Positions 1-13,458 of a stretch of 64,000 bases of DNA are shown here, piece after piece. Positions within the stretch are counted from its first letter, which is position 1. Every line of letters begins with the position of its first letter. Origin of the DNA: Octopus sinensis (Eukaryota); the NCBI RefSeq assembly GCF_006345805.1, contig NC_043023.1, forward strand, positions 13,082,001 through 13,146,000, read 5' to 3'. A model generated the notes under the pieces. The model was not told the origin of the DNA and made no database searches. It saw only the letters and a list, made by a program, of their open reading frames with translations. The translations under genes and the position numbers were made by a program.

Positions 1-1234
<1,234 letters not shown>

Positions 1235-1831
1235 AATTTCCCTTCTCTTTTCTACAATTTACAGGTGTTTTCCTTGTTTCCGTTCTTTTTATATACTGAT
1301 CCTAATAAATATATTTCTTTTCAAAATATAATTATTTGCAACACAACCAGTTTTAGTACCAAAAGGCAATCTTTACACCCAACTTAATGTAGCTGTCTTG
1401 TTAGAATGTTGAATATTGTGATATTGGCCTTCACAGGTCTACACATATAAATGCTTGCTGCATAAAACCACAAATATATATCAGACACATAGCAGAGAAG
1501 AATCATCTGGTATGGGCGCCTGAAGGATTCTTATCAATTGTGATCATTGCCAATGTTTGAAGATGCTGCAAGGTCTTTCACACAGACACACAGACAGAAT
1601 ATGTTTGTCCAGTTTTGTTAGAATGACAAATGAAAATCTTCTCCTAAGCATTCAAGTCCTTGAAGAAGAAGAAGAGACCTGCTGCTGCCTATTACAAATT
1701 GTCTCGGCTCCAAAGAACTATTTTCCTGTAAGACACCAAAGATCCATTCTACGAAGAACATTTCCTTCCAGTCTTTAAAAGATGCTGTACCTCGATGCAA
1801 CCAATTCTTTGATGCCAATGTCATTTGATAT

Positions 1832-1860
1832 TCTGAAAGAAGAGAGAAATAACAGAGTAA
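1832..1860 (-). promoter_or_regulatory. Splice acceptor of the A1 coding exon (exon starts at 1832)
   Basis: Minus strand ttctctcttctttcag|aatatca; identical context at 9866 in paralog A2. Confidence 0.7.
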
Positions 1861-1974
1861 GACAGAGAAGATAGTCAACCGTTTAGCATTTAAAGCAAAT
1901 GTTATCAGGCCCAAGTATTTTACCTGTTTTAATGTTCAAACTGCACATATCTGGCCTCTCACACCTCTAATATA

Positions 1975-2177
1975 TACACTCTTTACTCTTTTACTTGTTT
2001 CAGTCATTTGACTGCAGCCATGCTGGAGCACCGCCTTTGATCAAGCAACTCGACCCCGGGACTTATTCTTTTGTAAGCCCAGTACTTATTTTATCGGTCT
2101 CTTTTGCCGAACCGCTAAGTAACGGGGACATAAACACACCAGCATCGGTTGTGAAGCAATGCTAGGGGGACAAACAC

Positions 2178-2247
<70 letters not shown>

Positions 2248-2403
2248 GACAGGCTTCTTTCAGTTCCGTCTACCAAATCCACTCACAAGGCTTTGGTCGG
2301 CCTGAGGCTATAGTAGAAGACAGTTGCCCAAGGTGCCACGCAGTGGGACTGAACCTGGAACCATGTGGTTGGTAAACAAGCTACTTACCACACAGCCACT
2401 CCT
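1975..2403 (-). mobile_element. tRNA-derived SINE, family 1 (head AGGCGCAGGAGTGGCTGTGTGGTAAG), with internal (TA)n
   Basis: A/B-box-like head (TGGCTGTGTGG...GGTTCAGTCCC), AGAGTAA-type tail, many copies in the window. Confidence 0.8.
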
Positions 2404-2685
2404 ATATATATATATACAATGTTTTTCTAAAAATAAACAATCACATCTTCAAAATCTCAAAGCTATGAGATAATCCATGATTAATTCAAAGCAATGGCGA
2501 TAAATAAGGATTACATTTGACAGAGCAATCTGAATGCTAAAGGATTAATTCTTCAGTATTTAATCTGAAGAAGTGCTTGGTTCGAACCGTAAAACAACTT
2601 TCTTTGCCTTCCATTAGCGTCTTTTAATACTTTCCATGTGTCACGTCCTCGCGTTATTCTTTTTCCTTCGCTTTGTATATATATA

Positions 2686-3200
2686 TGCGCAGGAGTGGCT
2701 GTGTGGTAAGTAGCTTGCTAACCAACCACATGCTTCCAGGTTCAGTCCCACTGGGTGGCATCTTGAGCAAGTCTCTTCTGCTATAGCCCCGGGCCGACCA
2801 ATGCCTTGTGAGTGGATTTGGTAGACGGAAACTGAAAGAAGCCTGTCGTATATATGTATATATACGTAGGTGCAGGAGTGACTGTGAGGTAAGTAGCTTG
2901 CTAACCAACCACATGCTTCCAGGTTCAGTCCCACTGGGTGGCATCTTGAGCAAGTCTCTTCTGCTATAGCCCCGGGCCGACCAATGCCTTGTGAGTGGAT
3001 TTGGTAGACGGAAACTGAAAGAAGCCTGTCGTATATATATGTATGTGTGTGTGTTTGTCCCCCTAGCATTGTTTGAGAACCGATGCTGGTGAGTTTACGT
3101 CCCCGTCACTTAGCGGTTCGGCAAAAAAGAGACCGATAGAATAAGTACAAGGCGGTGCTCCAGCATGGCCGCAGTCAAATGACAAACAAGTAAAAGAGTA
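2686..3200 (+). mobile_element. SINE family 1 with tandemly duplicated 5' half
   Basis: Two near-identical heads at ~2686 and ~2868, followed by the 3' body. Confidence 0.8.
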
Positions 3201-3236
3201 AGGAGTATATGTGTGTGTGTATACATACCATACATA

Positions 3237-3380
3237 GGTAGATAGATAGATAGATAGATAGATAGATATAGATAGATAGATAAAGTGAAAGATAGATAGA
3301 TAGCTAAATAGGTAGGTAGGTAGATAGATAAATAGATAGATAGATAGATAGGTAGGTAGGTAGATAGATAGAAAGTAGAT

Positions 3381-3412
<32 letters not shown>

Positions 3413-3505
3413 TGATAAATAGATAGATAGAAAGATAGATAGATAAATAGATAGATAGATAAAGTGAAAGATAGATAGATAGTGGATGGATGGACGTACG
3501 GATAG
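3237..3505. repeat. (TAGA)n microsatellite
   Basis: Direct reading. Confidence 0.95.
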
Positions 3506-3778
3506 ATATACAGACAGAAAGATGCGTGTAGTTCTGGAATAGTTGTCCTTCGAAGTCCCATACCTCACGGGAGGATTGGGGAGCAAAATTGTAAGGTAAA
3601 AAACCCCCGCAAAATTGCAAGGCCGTCTTCGTTTCGTAGGGAAGCAAAATAATAATTTCTAATGAATGAAACACAAAATATTAAATGACAGAAAACTTTT
3701 TTTTTTTCATTACTTTTCTTTTGTGGCATGGGACGTCGAGAGGCCGAATTTCGCTAAAATGTATATAGGGTATCTTAC

Positions 3779-3960
3779 CTGTTATCGATGAAAAGCCAGT
3801 GTTTCCAGTGAAATCGTTTAAATAACAGTAAAGTCCTTGCAATGAGTCCAAAAGGCAAATTATAATAACATCGTTATTTCCGTTGATTGAAATTTTGATT
3901 TGAAAAGAAAGAAATTTGTAAAAGGCGAAACGGAAACGACGAAACGCATACGGGTTCCCT
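3779..3960 (-). other. Putative non-coding first exon of A1
   Basis: Donor CAG|GTAAG at 3779/3778. The block 3525-3950 is conserved with 15060-15510 upstream of A2. Confidence 0.6.
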
Positions 3961-3989
3961 CTTTCACTCTGCGTGTGTCTGTGTAATTA

Positions 3990-4647
3990 TGTACATACGT
4001 ACATACATACATCTGTACATACACACATACATATACATACATACATTCATACATACGTTCATACGTACATACATACATACATAAATACGTACGTACGTAC
4101 ATACATACATTCATACGTACGTACATACATACATACAAAATACATACATACATTCATACATACACACATACATTCATAAATACGTTCATACATACGTACG
4201 TACATACATACGTACGTACATACATACGTACGTACATACATACACATACATTCGTACGTACGTACATACATACGTTCATACATTCATACGAACGTACATA
4301 CATACATTCATACGTACGTACATACATACATACATACATTCATACGTACATACATACGTACATACATACATACGTACACCCATACATATTACATACATAC
4401 GCACATACATACATACATTCATACGTACATACATATATACATACGTACATACATACATACATACACCCATACATATTACATACATACGCACATACATACA
4501 TACATACATTCATACGTACGTACATACATACATTCGTACGTACGTACATACATACGTACATACATACGTACATACATACGTACATACATACATACACACA
4601 CACATACATACATACGCACATACATACATACTTACATACATACATAT
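3990..4647. repeat. (TACA/TACG)n microsatellite
   Basis: Direct reading; source of spurious MYVC ORFs. Confidence 0.95.
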
Positions 4648-4779
4648 ATGAAAACCCCACTAGAATGGGAGAAAGCGCTAATATATGATATAAGTTATAT
4701 GATGTATAAAAACACGCAATATACAAATAAATATAACACCATCCGATTTTCTGAGTACCTCATTTCTTCTAATATATAT

Positions 4780-5003
4780 ACTCTTTACTCTTTTAGTCTT
4801 TTACTGGTTTCAGTCATTTAACTGCAGCCATGCTGGAGCACCGCCTTTGATCAAGCAACTCGACCCCGGGACTTATTCTTTTGTAAGCCGAGTACTTATT
4901 CTATCGGTCTCTTTTGTCGAACCGCTAAGTAACGGGGACATAAACACACCAGCATCGGTTGTCAAGCAATGCTAGGGAGACAAACACAGACACACAAACA
5001 CGC

Positions 5004-5058
<55 letters not shown>

Positions 5059-5614
5059 CGCAGGAGTGGCTGTGTGGTAAGTAGCTTGCTTACCAACCAC
5101 ATGGTTCCGGGTTCAGTCCCACTGCGTGGCACCTTGGGCAAGTGTCTTCTGCTATAGCCTCGGGCCGACCAAAGCCTTGTGAATGGATTCGGTTGACGGA
5201 AACTGAAAAGAAGCCCGTCGTATATATGTATATATATGCGTTTGTGTGTCTGTGTTTGTCCCCCTAGCATTGCTTGACAACTGATGCTGGTGTGTTTATG
5301 TCCCCGTTACTTAGCAGTTCGGCAAAAGAGACCGATAGAATAAGTACTGGGCTTACAAAGAATAAGTCCTGGGGTCGATTTGCTCGACTAAAGGCAGTGC
5401 TCCAGCATGGCCGCAGTCAAATGACTGAAACAAGTAAAAGAGTAAAAGAGTATATCTGACAGGCTTCTTTCAGTTTCCGTCTACCAAATCCACTCACAAG
5501 GCTTTGGTCGGCCCGAGGCTATAGTAGAAGACAGTTGCCCAAGGTGCCACGCAGTGGGACTGAACCCGGAACCATGTGGTTGGTAAACAAGCTACTTACC
5601 ACACAGCCACTCCT
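4780..5614. mobile_element. Nested SINE family 1: a + copy (5056-5450) inserted into the TA tract of a - copy
   Basis: The minus copy is split into 4780-5010 and 5455-5614 around a full plus copy. Confidence 0.75.
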
Positions 5615-5832
5615 GTATGTGATAGTTTATTTTTAGAATGACATTGTAGGGTAGGTGTGAAAAGCCAACTCTGGTCAGTTTGAACTTAAAACAAGCAGAA
5701 TATTTGGGCCGCATATGGCTGGTTTAACCATTTAGCATTCAGGGTTTCTTTCAATAGACAATACTTCAGTTTTATGACTTAAAAAATTACTACTTATTTA
5801 CTCGTGTTATATTCCATTAAGTTTGCAACATT

Positions 5833-6304
5833 TTAACCCTTTCGTTACCAACCCGGCCAAAACCGGCTCTGGCTCTGTAGTACTAAGTCTTGTTTTCATA
5901 AGTTTTGAATTAAAATCTTCCACCAAACCTTAGTCACAATTTATATACCTAACACTAGCTGAATGATAACTGAGTTATTTTACTAAATTCTTTGTTATAT
6001 TTAAAATTAATTGAAAGAAACACAGAGCATCTTGACAGAAATATGGTAACAAAAGGGTTAAAATATATGATAGAGAAACAATTCTTAACCCTTTTGTTTC
6101 CAACCCAGCTGAAACCACCTCTGGTTCTGAGTACAAATGTCTTGTTTTCATAAGTTCTGAATTAAAATCTTCCACCAAACCTTAGTCACAATTTATGTTC
6201 CTAACATGATAACTGAGTTATTTTACTAAATTCTTTGTTATATTTAAAATTAATTGAAAGAAACACAGAGCATCTCAAAATAAATACAGTAACGAAAGGG
6301 TTAA
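5833..6304. mobile_element. Two adjacent piggyBac-type MITEs
   Basis: TTAA-CCCTTT...AAAGGG-TTAA ends at 5833-6061 and 6085-6304. Confidence 0.75.
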
Positions 6305-6739
6305 GCAGAAAATTCTTCCAGAAAAGTCAAACAGCCAGAGAGATACAGAAAAAAATAATTTTGAGGAGCAAAAATTTTATTTAATTATCTTATATATTGT
6401 TATTAATGTTTACCAGAAAGAAAATAAAATCAGTGTTCATGGAATGAAAAATGAAAATTAAAAGAGAGAGAGAGAGAGAGAGAGAAACGGAGATAGAGTG
6501 TGTGAAAAAGAGAGAGTGAGTGTGTATGTCTGTAGATAGATAGAGAGAGACAGAGAGAGTGTGTTCATTAACAAAGTGAAAAGGTTTTTGGTGAGAGAGA
6601 GGGAGAGAGTAAGAGGGGCTGTTTGATACCACTCCCTCTCTCATTGTTATTACCATTTTGTCTCTTCTCTTTCTTAACTCTTACTGACACTGCTACTTCC
6701 TTATTACAAACAAACTCATTATCATAATAGATTACTAAG

Positions 6740-7135
6740 AAGGGAGCAAGCTGGCAGAACAAGGAGCACACCTGGCAGGACAAGGGGCACACCTGGCAGA
6801 ACAAGGGGCACACCTGGCAAAATGCTTAGCAGTATTTCGTCTGTCTTTAGGTACTGAGTTCAAATTCCGTCCAGGTCGACTTTGCCTTTCATCCTCTCGG
6901 GGTCGATAAATTAAGTACCAGTTACGCACTGGGGTCGGTGTAATCGACTTAATACCTATGTCTGTCCTTGTTTGTCCCCTTTGTGTTTAGCCCCTTGTGG
7001 GTAGTAAAGAAATAGGTATTTCGTCTGCCGCTACGTTCTGAGTTCAAATTCCTCCAAGGTTGATCTTATGTTTCATCCTTTCGGGGTCAATAGTATAAGT
7101 ATTAGTCAAGTACTGGGGTTGATGTAACAGATTTA
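6740..7135 (+). mobile_element. SINE family 2 (GAGCTGGCAGAA...GTTCAAATTCC...CTTTCATCC body) with a 21-bp tandem repeat in the head
   Basis: Matches other copies at 28873, 36975, 49412 and 58843. Confidence 0.7.
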
Positions 7136-7502
<367 letters not shown>

Positions 7503-9269
7503 TCACGATATGCTCGCACCTGTATGGGTGCGCTTGTGCTTAACCAAGTTATTTCTAAAAGAGAATAATTTACCACAGATATCACAGTGATATGGTTTTT
7601 CCCCAGTATGAATACGTTTATGATCAGTCAAGGTACTACCTGTAGAGAATGATTTACCACAGGTATCACAATGATAGGGTTTCTCCCCTGAATGAATGCG
7701 CTTGTGCTTAGTTAAAGAGCCACTTTCAGAGAATGATTTACCACAGATTTCACAATGACATGGCTTCTCACCTGTATGAATAAATTCATGTTTAATTAAG
7801 TTACCTCTATGAGAGAATGATTTGCCACAGATATTACAGTCATATGGTTTTTCCCCAGTATGAATACGTTTGTGTTTAATCACTTGACTGTTTGTAGAGA
7901 ATGATTTACCACAGATGTTGCAATGATATGGCTTCTCACCTGTGTGAAGGTGTTTATGCAGATTTAAGCCACGATTTGTAGTGAATGACTTATCACAGGT
8001 ATCACACTGATATGGTTTCTCTCCTGAATGCAGGCGTTTGTGAATTTTTAAACCCCCAATATAAGGGAATGATTTACCACAAATATCGCAATGATATGGT
8101 TCCTCTCCTGTGTGAATACGTTTGTGATCATTTAAAATACTACCCCGAGAGAACGATTTACCACAGGTGTCACAACGATATGGTTTCTCTCCTGTGTGAA
8201 TGCGTTTGTGATAAATTAAATAATTTAAACGAGAAAATGTTTTACCACAGGTGTCACAGTGATACGGTTTCTCACCTGTATGAGTGCGTTTGTGAGTTTT
8301 TAAAGAATTGCCTTGAGAGAATGATTGACCACAAATATCACAGTGATGTGGCCTCTCTCCTGTATGAACACGTTTGTGTTTCTTTAAACCAGAGCTCTGA
8401 GCAAATGCTTGACCACAGATATCACAACGATATGGCTTCTCTCCTGTATGAATACGTTTGTGTCTTGTTAAGTCTCTATCTGCAGAGAATGATTTACCAC
8501 AGATATCACACTGATATGGCTTCTCTCCTGTATGGCTGCGTTTGTGATTAGTTAAGCTACCAGCCTGTTTGAAAGATTTATCACAGATATCACACTTAAA
8601 TGGTTCCTCTCCTGTATGAACACGTTTGTGTTGAGTTAAGCGGCTGTTCTTCAAAAATGATTTACCACAGATGTCACAATGATACAGGTTTTCTCCCGTG
8701 TGAATACGTTTATGTACATTTAAATCTGCCTTTCGAGAGAATGATCTCCCGCAGATATCACACTCATGTGGCTTCTCCCCTGTATGAACGGGTTTGTGAT
8801 TAGCTAAATCCCTTGCTGAAGAGAATGAATGGCCACAGATATCACACTCGTATCGTTTTTCGCTTCTATGAATATACCTGTGTTCAGTTGCAACACTGTG
8901 ATCAGAGAATATCTTACCACAGATGTCACAGCAATAAACCTTCTCTCCGGTATGAATACGCATGTGCTTATTTAGGTTGGACTTTTGAGTTAACGCTTTA
9001 CCACAGATATCACAGCGATAGGCTTTATAGCCCGTATGAGTGAGTTTGTGTCTTGTTAAGTGATAATTTCGATGGAACGATTTTCCACAGATATCACAGG
9101 AAAATGGCCTGTCTCCTGCATGAATACATTTGTGCTTAGTCAAGCTATCTCTTTCAGAGAATGCTTCATCACAGACATCACACTGGTACGATGATTCTCC
9201 TTCCTCTTCCTTTAAATCACAAACAACATCAGTCTTTTCAGACGTGTTATTACATAATTTTCCTTCCAT
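7503..9269 (-). CDS. Tandem C2H2 zinc-finger protein A2, 588 aa, about 20 fingers
   Basis: Intact ORF with an N-terminus nearly identical to A1; acceptor at 9866 and putative exon-1 donor at 15340. Confidence 0.92.
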   Translation of the reverse strand: MEGKLCNNTSEKTDVVCDLKEEEGESSYQCDVCDEAFSERDSLTKHKCIHAGDRPFSCDICGKSFHRNYHLTRHKLTHTGYKAYRCDICGKALTQKSNLNKHMRIHTGEKVYCCDICGKIFSDHSVATEHRYIHRSEKRYECDICGHSFSSARDLANHKPVHTGEKPHECDICGRSFSRKADLNVHKRIHTGENLYHCDICGKSFLKNSRLTQHKRVHTGEEPFKCDICDKSFKQAGSLTNHKRSHTGEKPYQCDICGKSFSADRDLTRHKRIHTGEKPYRCDICGQAFAQSSGLKKHKRVHTGERPHHCDICGQSFSQGNSLKTHKRTHTGEKPYHCDTCGKTFSRLNYLIYHKRIHTGEKPYRCDTCGKSFSRGSILNDHKRIHTGEEPYHCDICGKSFPYIGGLKIHKRLHSGEKPYQCDTCDKSFTTNRGLNLHKHLHTGEKPYHCNICGKSFSTNSQVIKHKRIHTGEKPYDCNICGKSFSHRGNLIKHEFIHTGEKPCHCEICGKSFSESGSLTKHKRIHSGEKPYHCDTCGKSFSTGSTLTDHKRIHTGEKPYHCDICGKLFSFRNNLVKHKRTHTGASIS

Positions 9270-9923
9270 AGTTTCCCTTCTCTTTTCTACAATTTACAGG
9301 TGTTTTCCTTCTTTCCGTTCTTTCTATATATTGATCCTAATAAATATATTTCTGTTCAAAATATAATTATTAGCAACACAACCAGTTTTAGTACCAAAAG
9401 GCAATCTTTACACCCAACTTAATGTAGCTGTCTTCTCAGAATGTTGAATATTGTGATATTGGCCTTCACAGGTCCACTCATATAAATGCTTGCTGCATAA
9501 AACCACAGATATATATCAGACATATATAGCAGAGAGGAATCACCTGATATGGGCGCCTGAAGGGTTCTTATCAATTGTGACCATTGCCAATGTTTGAAGA
9601 TGCTGCAAGGTCTTTCACACAGACACACAGACAGAATATGTTTGTCCAGTTTTGTTAGAATGACAAATGAAAATCTTCTCCTAAGCATTCAAGTCCTTGA
9701 AGAAGAAGAGACCTGCTGCTGCTTATTACAAATTGTCTCGGCTCCAAAGAACTATTTTCCTGTAAGACACCAAAGATCCATTCTATGAAGAACATTTCCT
9801 TCCAGTCTTTAAAAGATGCTGTACCTCGATGCAACCAATTCTTTGATGCCAATGTCATTTGATATTCTGAAAGAAGAGAGAAATAACAGAGTTAGACAGA
9901 GATGATAGTCAACCGTTTAGCAT

Positions 9924-10150
9924 TTAACCCTTTAGTGTTCAGATTACTCTGTTAAATGTAATAATTTTTCACTCAAATTGTTTTGAATTAATCATGCATT
10001 ATCTTATAACTTTGAGGTTTCAATGATATGATTGTTTGTTTTCAGAATATCAATGTAGGTTTGGTGTGAGAGGCTAGATATCGCCCGTTTGAATGTAAAA
10101 CATGTAGAATATCTGGGTCAGATATGGCCGGTTTAAACACTAAAGGGTTA
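9924..10150. mobile_element. piggyBac-type MITE with TTAA TSD
   Basis: TTAACCCTTTAG...CTAAAGGGTTAA; the paralogous site at ~1889 carries a single TTAA (empty site). Confidence 0.85.
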
Positions 10151-10329
10151 AAGCAGGCGTTATCTGGCCCAAGTATTTTACCTGTTTTAATGTTATAAAT
10201 AAATTGTTAGATTGTTAATTGCATTTCTCTAATTTATTATTTGTAATTTATATTTATACATCTCTGTGGTATAAATATATCTGTGAATTGGATGTTTTAC
10301 ACTGCATGGAAGGAATCGCTTTTTGTTTC

Positions 10330-11066
10330 GTTTGGTGCATTATATGGTCTCAAAAATTTGTCCTACGAAGAAAGGCTGAGGACGCTCGACCTTTATTCTC
10401 TTAAAAAACGCCGCCACCGTGGTGATCTCATTCTCCCCCACAACATCATAAGCAGAAAGTGTAACCTCTCGAAAGAGCTGTTCTTCACTCCTGCTCCAGA
10501 GCGTCGGCTGCGGGGTCATTCCGAAAAGCTCTACCTGCGACGATTTCATCTCAATCGAAGGAGGGGAGCTTTCTCCGTCCAGGTTGCGGATCCGTGGAAC
10601 AAGCTGCCAGACGAGATGGTGAAGATGCCGACGACCGCTCGGTTCAAAGTCTTTCTTGACCAGAAATGGCCTGAACTCTTTGTATGACCACCCTCCCTGT
10701 ACATAACTCCATGTCCCCCTACATGGCCTCACAACATCATAAGCGGAAAGTGTAACCTCTCGAAAGAGCTGTTCTTCACTCCTGCTCCAGAGCGTCGGCT
10801 GCGGGGTCATTCCGAAAAGCTCTACCTGCGACGATTTCATCTCAATCGAAGGAGGGGAGCTTTCTCCGTCCGGGTTGCGGATCCGTGGAACAAGCTGCCA
10901 GACGAGATGGTGAAGATGCCGATGACCGCTTTGTTCAAAGCCTCCCTTGACCTCAAGTGGCCTGAACTCTTTACATGAACACCACCCTGTACTTAACTCC
11001 ATGTCCCCCTACATGGCCTTGCTATTTGCTTTTGAGCCAAATTAACTAACTAACTAACTAACTAAC
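10330..11066 (+). mobile_element. CR1-clade LINE 3' fragment with internal ~290 bp tandem duplication and (TAAC)n tail
   Basis: LSYEERLRTLDLYSLKKRRHRGDLI...RGH...W N.LP is typical of the CR1 ORF2 C-terminus; simple-repeat tail. Confidence 0.85.
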
Positions 11067-11071
11067 ATATA

Positions 11072-11872
11072 TGTAACAGGATCTGGAATCGGTATCACTG
11101 AAGGGGTGTCCGATCCGATCCCCTCACATTCAATTTAGTTAAATACTAGCAGTATCGCCCCGCGTTGCTCGGGTTTGTAAGGGAAATAACTATAAAGCAT
11201 TTTTAGAGAGTTATAGCCAAAAAATAGCCAAAAAGTGGGGGAAAAAATGATGGTAAATTTTTTTTGATAGTTAAAAAGGTCGAGTTGCGTCCCCTAGACC
11301 ATCTGTGGTTTGAGTTTCTGATTGTCGACCCCATGTCGAATTTATCTATCTTTTTCAGAACTGGGGGAACTTTTCAAAATTTTCTCTGCGTTAGTTTTGA
11401 ATTATGACATTGGGCTATGTGTGTGTCAAGTTTCATCAGAATCGGTTGAAAGCCGTGGTCAGAGTGAGGGTACAACCAAACAGACACACAGAAACACACA
11501 CAGACAAACTGCCGTTTATATAGAGAGAGATAACAGACGAAGTCAGGTTATCTGGGAAAGACAACAAATTGTTGTTTATTACTCGTGATGGTGTAGATCT
11601 GGTGTACGTATTTCTGAGGGGAACCGACAGCCGAATCTGTTGTACTGCTTCTTGTTGGATGGTCGAAGTGATTCGATGTGGTCCACTGCTAAGTCGGTGC
11701 GTAGTTCTCAGAGACTGCTAATACACGTCTGTACACGAGGGCTGTTGGGGCCAGAGAGACTGAGTGAGTGGACGGTGTTTTAGGGGTCAGTTTCCCGCAC
11801 ATGCGCATGGGGAAGACTTTCGGTGGCCACCCGGAAGTAGTCCCATTCTGCGCATGCGCGCTGAACCTTACA
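11072..11872 (-). mobile_element. Probable solo LTR interrupted by a Helitron
   Basis: TGTAA...TTACA termini, GC-richer body, AATAAA on the minus strand (~11575); no clear TSD. Confidence 0.45.
11146..11530 (-). mobile_element. Non-autonomous Helitron
   Basis: Minus strand 5'-TC...CTAG-3', inserted between A and T, with a subterminal GC-rich hairpin (CCCGAGCAACGCGGGG). Confidence 0.8.
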
Positions 11873-11889
11873 CAGCAGCATCCCTAAAT

Positions 11890-12180
11890 ATATATATATT
11901 TATCAAAAGTAAAACAGGACGCAAAGGATTTAGCGGTACATATGTTTCTGGCTTTATTAGACGGTTTATATCAATGCATAATTGATGTAATATGTATGTC
12001 AATAGCCTTCTTCAGCCACACACAAATACAGGTCTTTGGTGTGGTAATTGTGCGCGGCTGAAGAAGGCTATTGACATACATATTACATCAATTATGCATT
12101 GATATAAACCGTCTAATAAAGCCAGAAACATATGTACCGCTAAATCCTTTGCATCCTGTTTTTCTTTTGATAAATATACC
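11890..12180. repeat. Fold-back inverted repeat (~125 bp arms), Penelope-like pseudo-LTR
   Basis: 11893-12017 is the near-perfect reverse complement of 12056-12178; each arm has a hammerhead core. Confidence 0.8.
12054..12140 (+). ncRNA. Type I hammerhead ribozyme-like fold (mirror copy on the - strand at 11933-12019)
   Basis: Stem I GCGG/CCGC, core CUGAAGA, long stem II GGCU...AGCC, GAAA, palindromic stem III CAUAUG, GUA cleavage triplet. Confidence 0.65.
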
Positions 12181-12204
12181 CCATCACCTACACCACTAAC
12201 TGGC

Positions 12205-12720
12205 ATATACATCATCATCATCATTGTTCGACCATGGTCGAGACAATGGAATTTACCATGCTACGCCAGACTTCACGGTACATCATGGCATTACGGAGGT
12301 CCTGTTGCTGGATGCCTGTATCCATGGAGATTACATCAGGGTAGGAGAGTGTGCGCCCTCTGGTATTGCGACCGTGGTCGAGACAATGGAATTTACCATG
12401 CTACGCCAGACTTCACGGTCCATCATGGCATTATGGAGGTCCTGTTGCTGCTAGATGCCTGTATCCATGGAGATTACATCAGGGTAGGAGAGTGTGCGAC
12501 TCTGGCATTGCAAGTAGATGGCTTCCAGAGGAGGAGAGTAGAAATTACCCCTTTTTCAGCTCTACAACAATGTCCAGCAAACTGGACTCTCCTACCTTTC
12601 ACAAGAGATGACACAGGTGGTAGTTTCCCATATATTTGCATTTTGGTTGGATGGCGCTTCCACGAGAGATTTTGAGCCCTCATAAGGAGGGTTAAAAACC
12701 TTCTTGGGAAGAATGGCATA
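12205..12720 (-). mobile_element. RTE-like LINE 3' fragment with (ATG)n tail and internal duplication
   Basis: Peptide ...IYGKLPPVSSLVKGRRVQFAGHCCR...LLLWKP resembles the RTE ORF C-terminus; ~140 bp segment repeated. Confidence 0.7.
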
Positions 12721-12779
12721 TACAGGTGCTTACAGTTATCAAGTATTCACCCTGAATTTTATATATATATATATCCCGT

Positions 12780-13002
12780 TTCGTGTCCGTTGCCAGCCTC
12801 GCCTGGCACCAGTGCGGGTGGCACGTAAAAAGCACCCACTACCCTCACGGAGTGGTTGGCGTTAGGAAGGGCATCCAGCCGTAGAAACACTGCCAGATTT
12901 GACTGGGCCTGATGAAGCCTTCTGGCTTCACAGACCCCAGTAGAACCGTCCAACCCATGCTAGCATGGAAAACGGAGGCGAAATGATGATGATGATGATG
13001 AT
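12780..13002 (+). mobile_element. SINE-like element with RTE-type end and (GAT)n tail (family 3)
   Basis: GGTTGGCGTTAGGAAGGGCATCCAG...CCCATGCTAGCATGGAAA...(GAT)n; other copies at 26196, 31700, 32075 and 52980. Confidence 0.65.
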
Positions 13003-13019
13003 ATATATATATATATACC

Positions 13020-13300
13020 TAAAAAATAAGGGTGTCTGAGAGACACCACCATGCCGAAATAGCAGTCAAATCCCTGACTCTAAAAACCACATTAAATGTT
13101 CATATCGCACCATGAGATAAGACAGAGGGACAAATAGACTCGCAAAAATATATTACTGAATAATATCTTTTTGCGAGTCTATTTTGTCCCTCTGTCTTAT
13201 CTCATGGTGCGATATAAACATTTAACGTGGTTTTTAGAGTCAGGATTTTGACTGCTATTTCGGCATGGGTGGTGTCTCTCAGACACCCTTATTTTTAGTT
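13020..13300. repeat. Fold-back inverted repeat (~135 bp arms)
   Basis: 13022-13154 is the reverse complement of 13160-13297. Confidence 0.85.
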
Positions 13301-13418
13301 GTAAAAAAAAGTATTACCTTTGTATTTTTTCCCATGCTGGCCACTTGATAATATCGATATTTAAATATCGAAATTATCCTTATTTATATATATATATATA
13401 TATATATAGATATAGATT

Positions 13419-13458
<40 letters not shown>

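Noticed and set aside
3063-4726. Long YLSI / MYVC ORFs
   Set aside because: Translations of tetranucleotide microsatellites.
7503-9269. 84-bp periodic repeats with variable cores resembling a CRISPR array
   Set aside because: They are C2H2 finger codons in an open frame, in eukaryotic DNA with no cas genes.
12905-12935. CTGATGA followed by an AGCC/GGCT stem
   Set aside because: No GAAA or NUH follows; other copies of this SINE read CTGGTGCAG, so it is a chance variant.
13053-13063. GCCGAAATAGC, the same tRNA-Phe 5' 11-mer, in a fold-back repeat
   Set aside because: No tRNA body or LTR context; treated as coincidence, though it shows the motif can occur outside a PBS.
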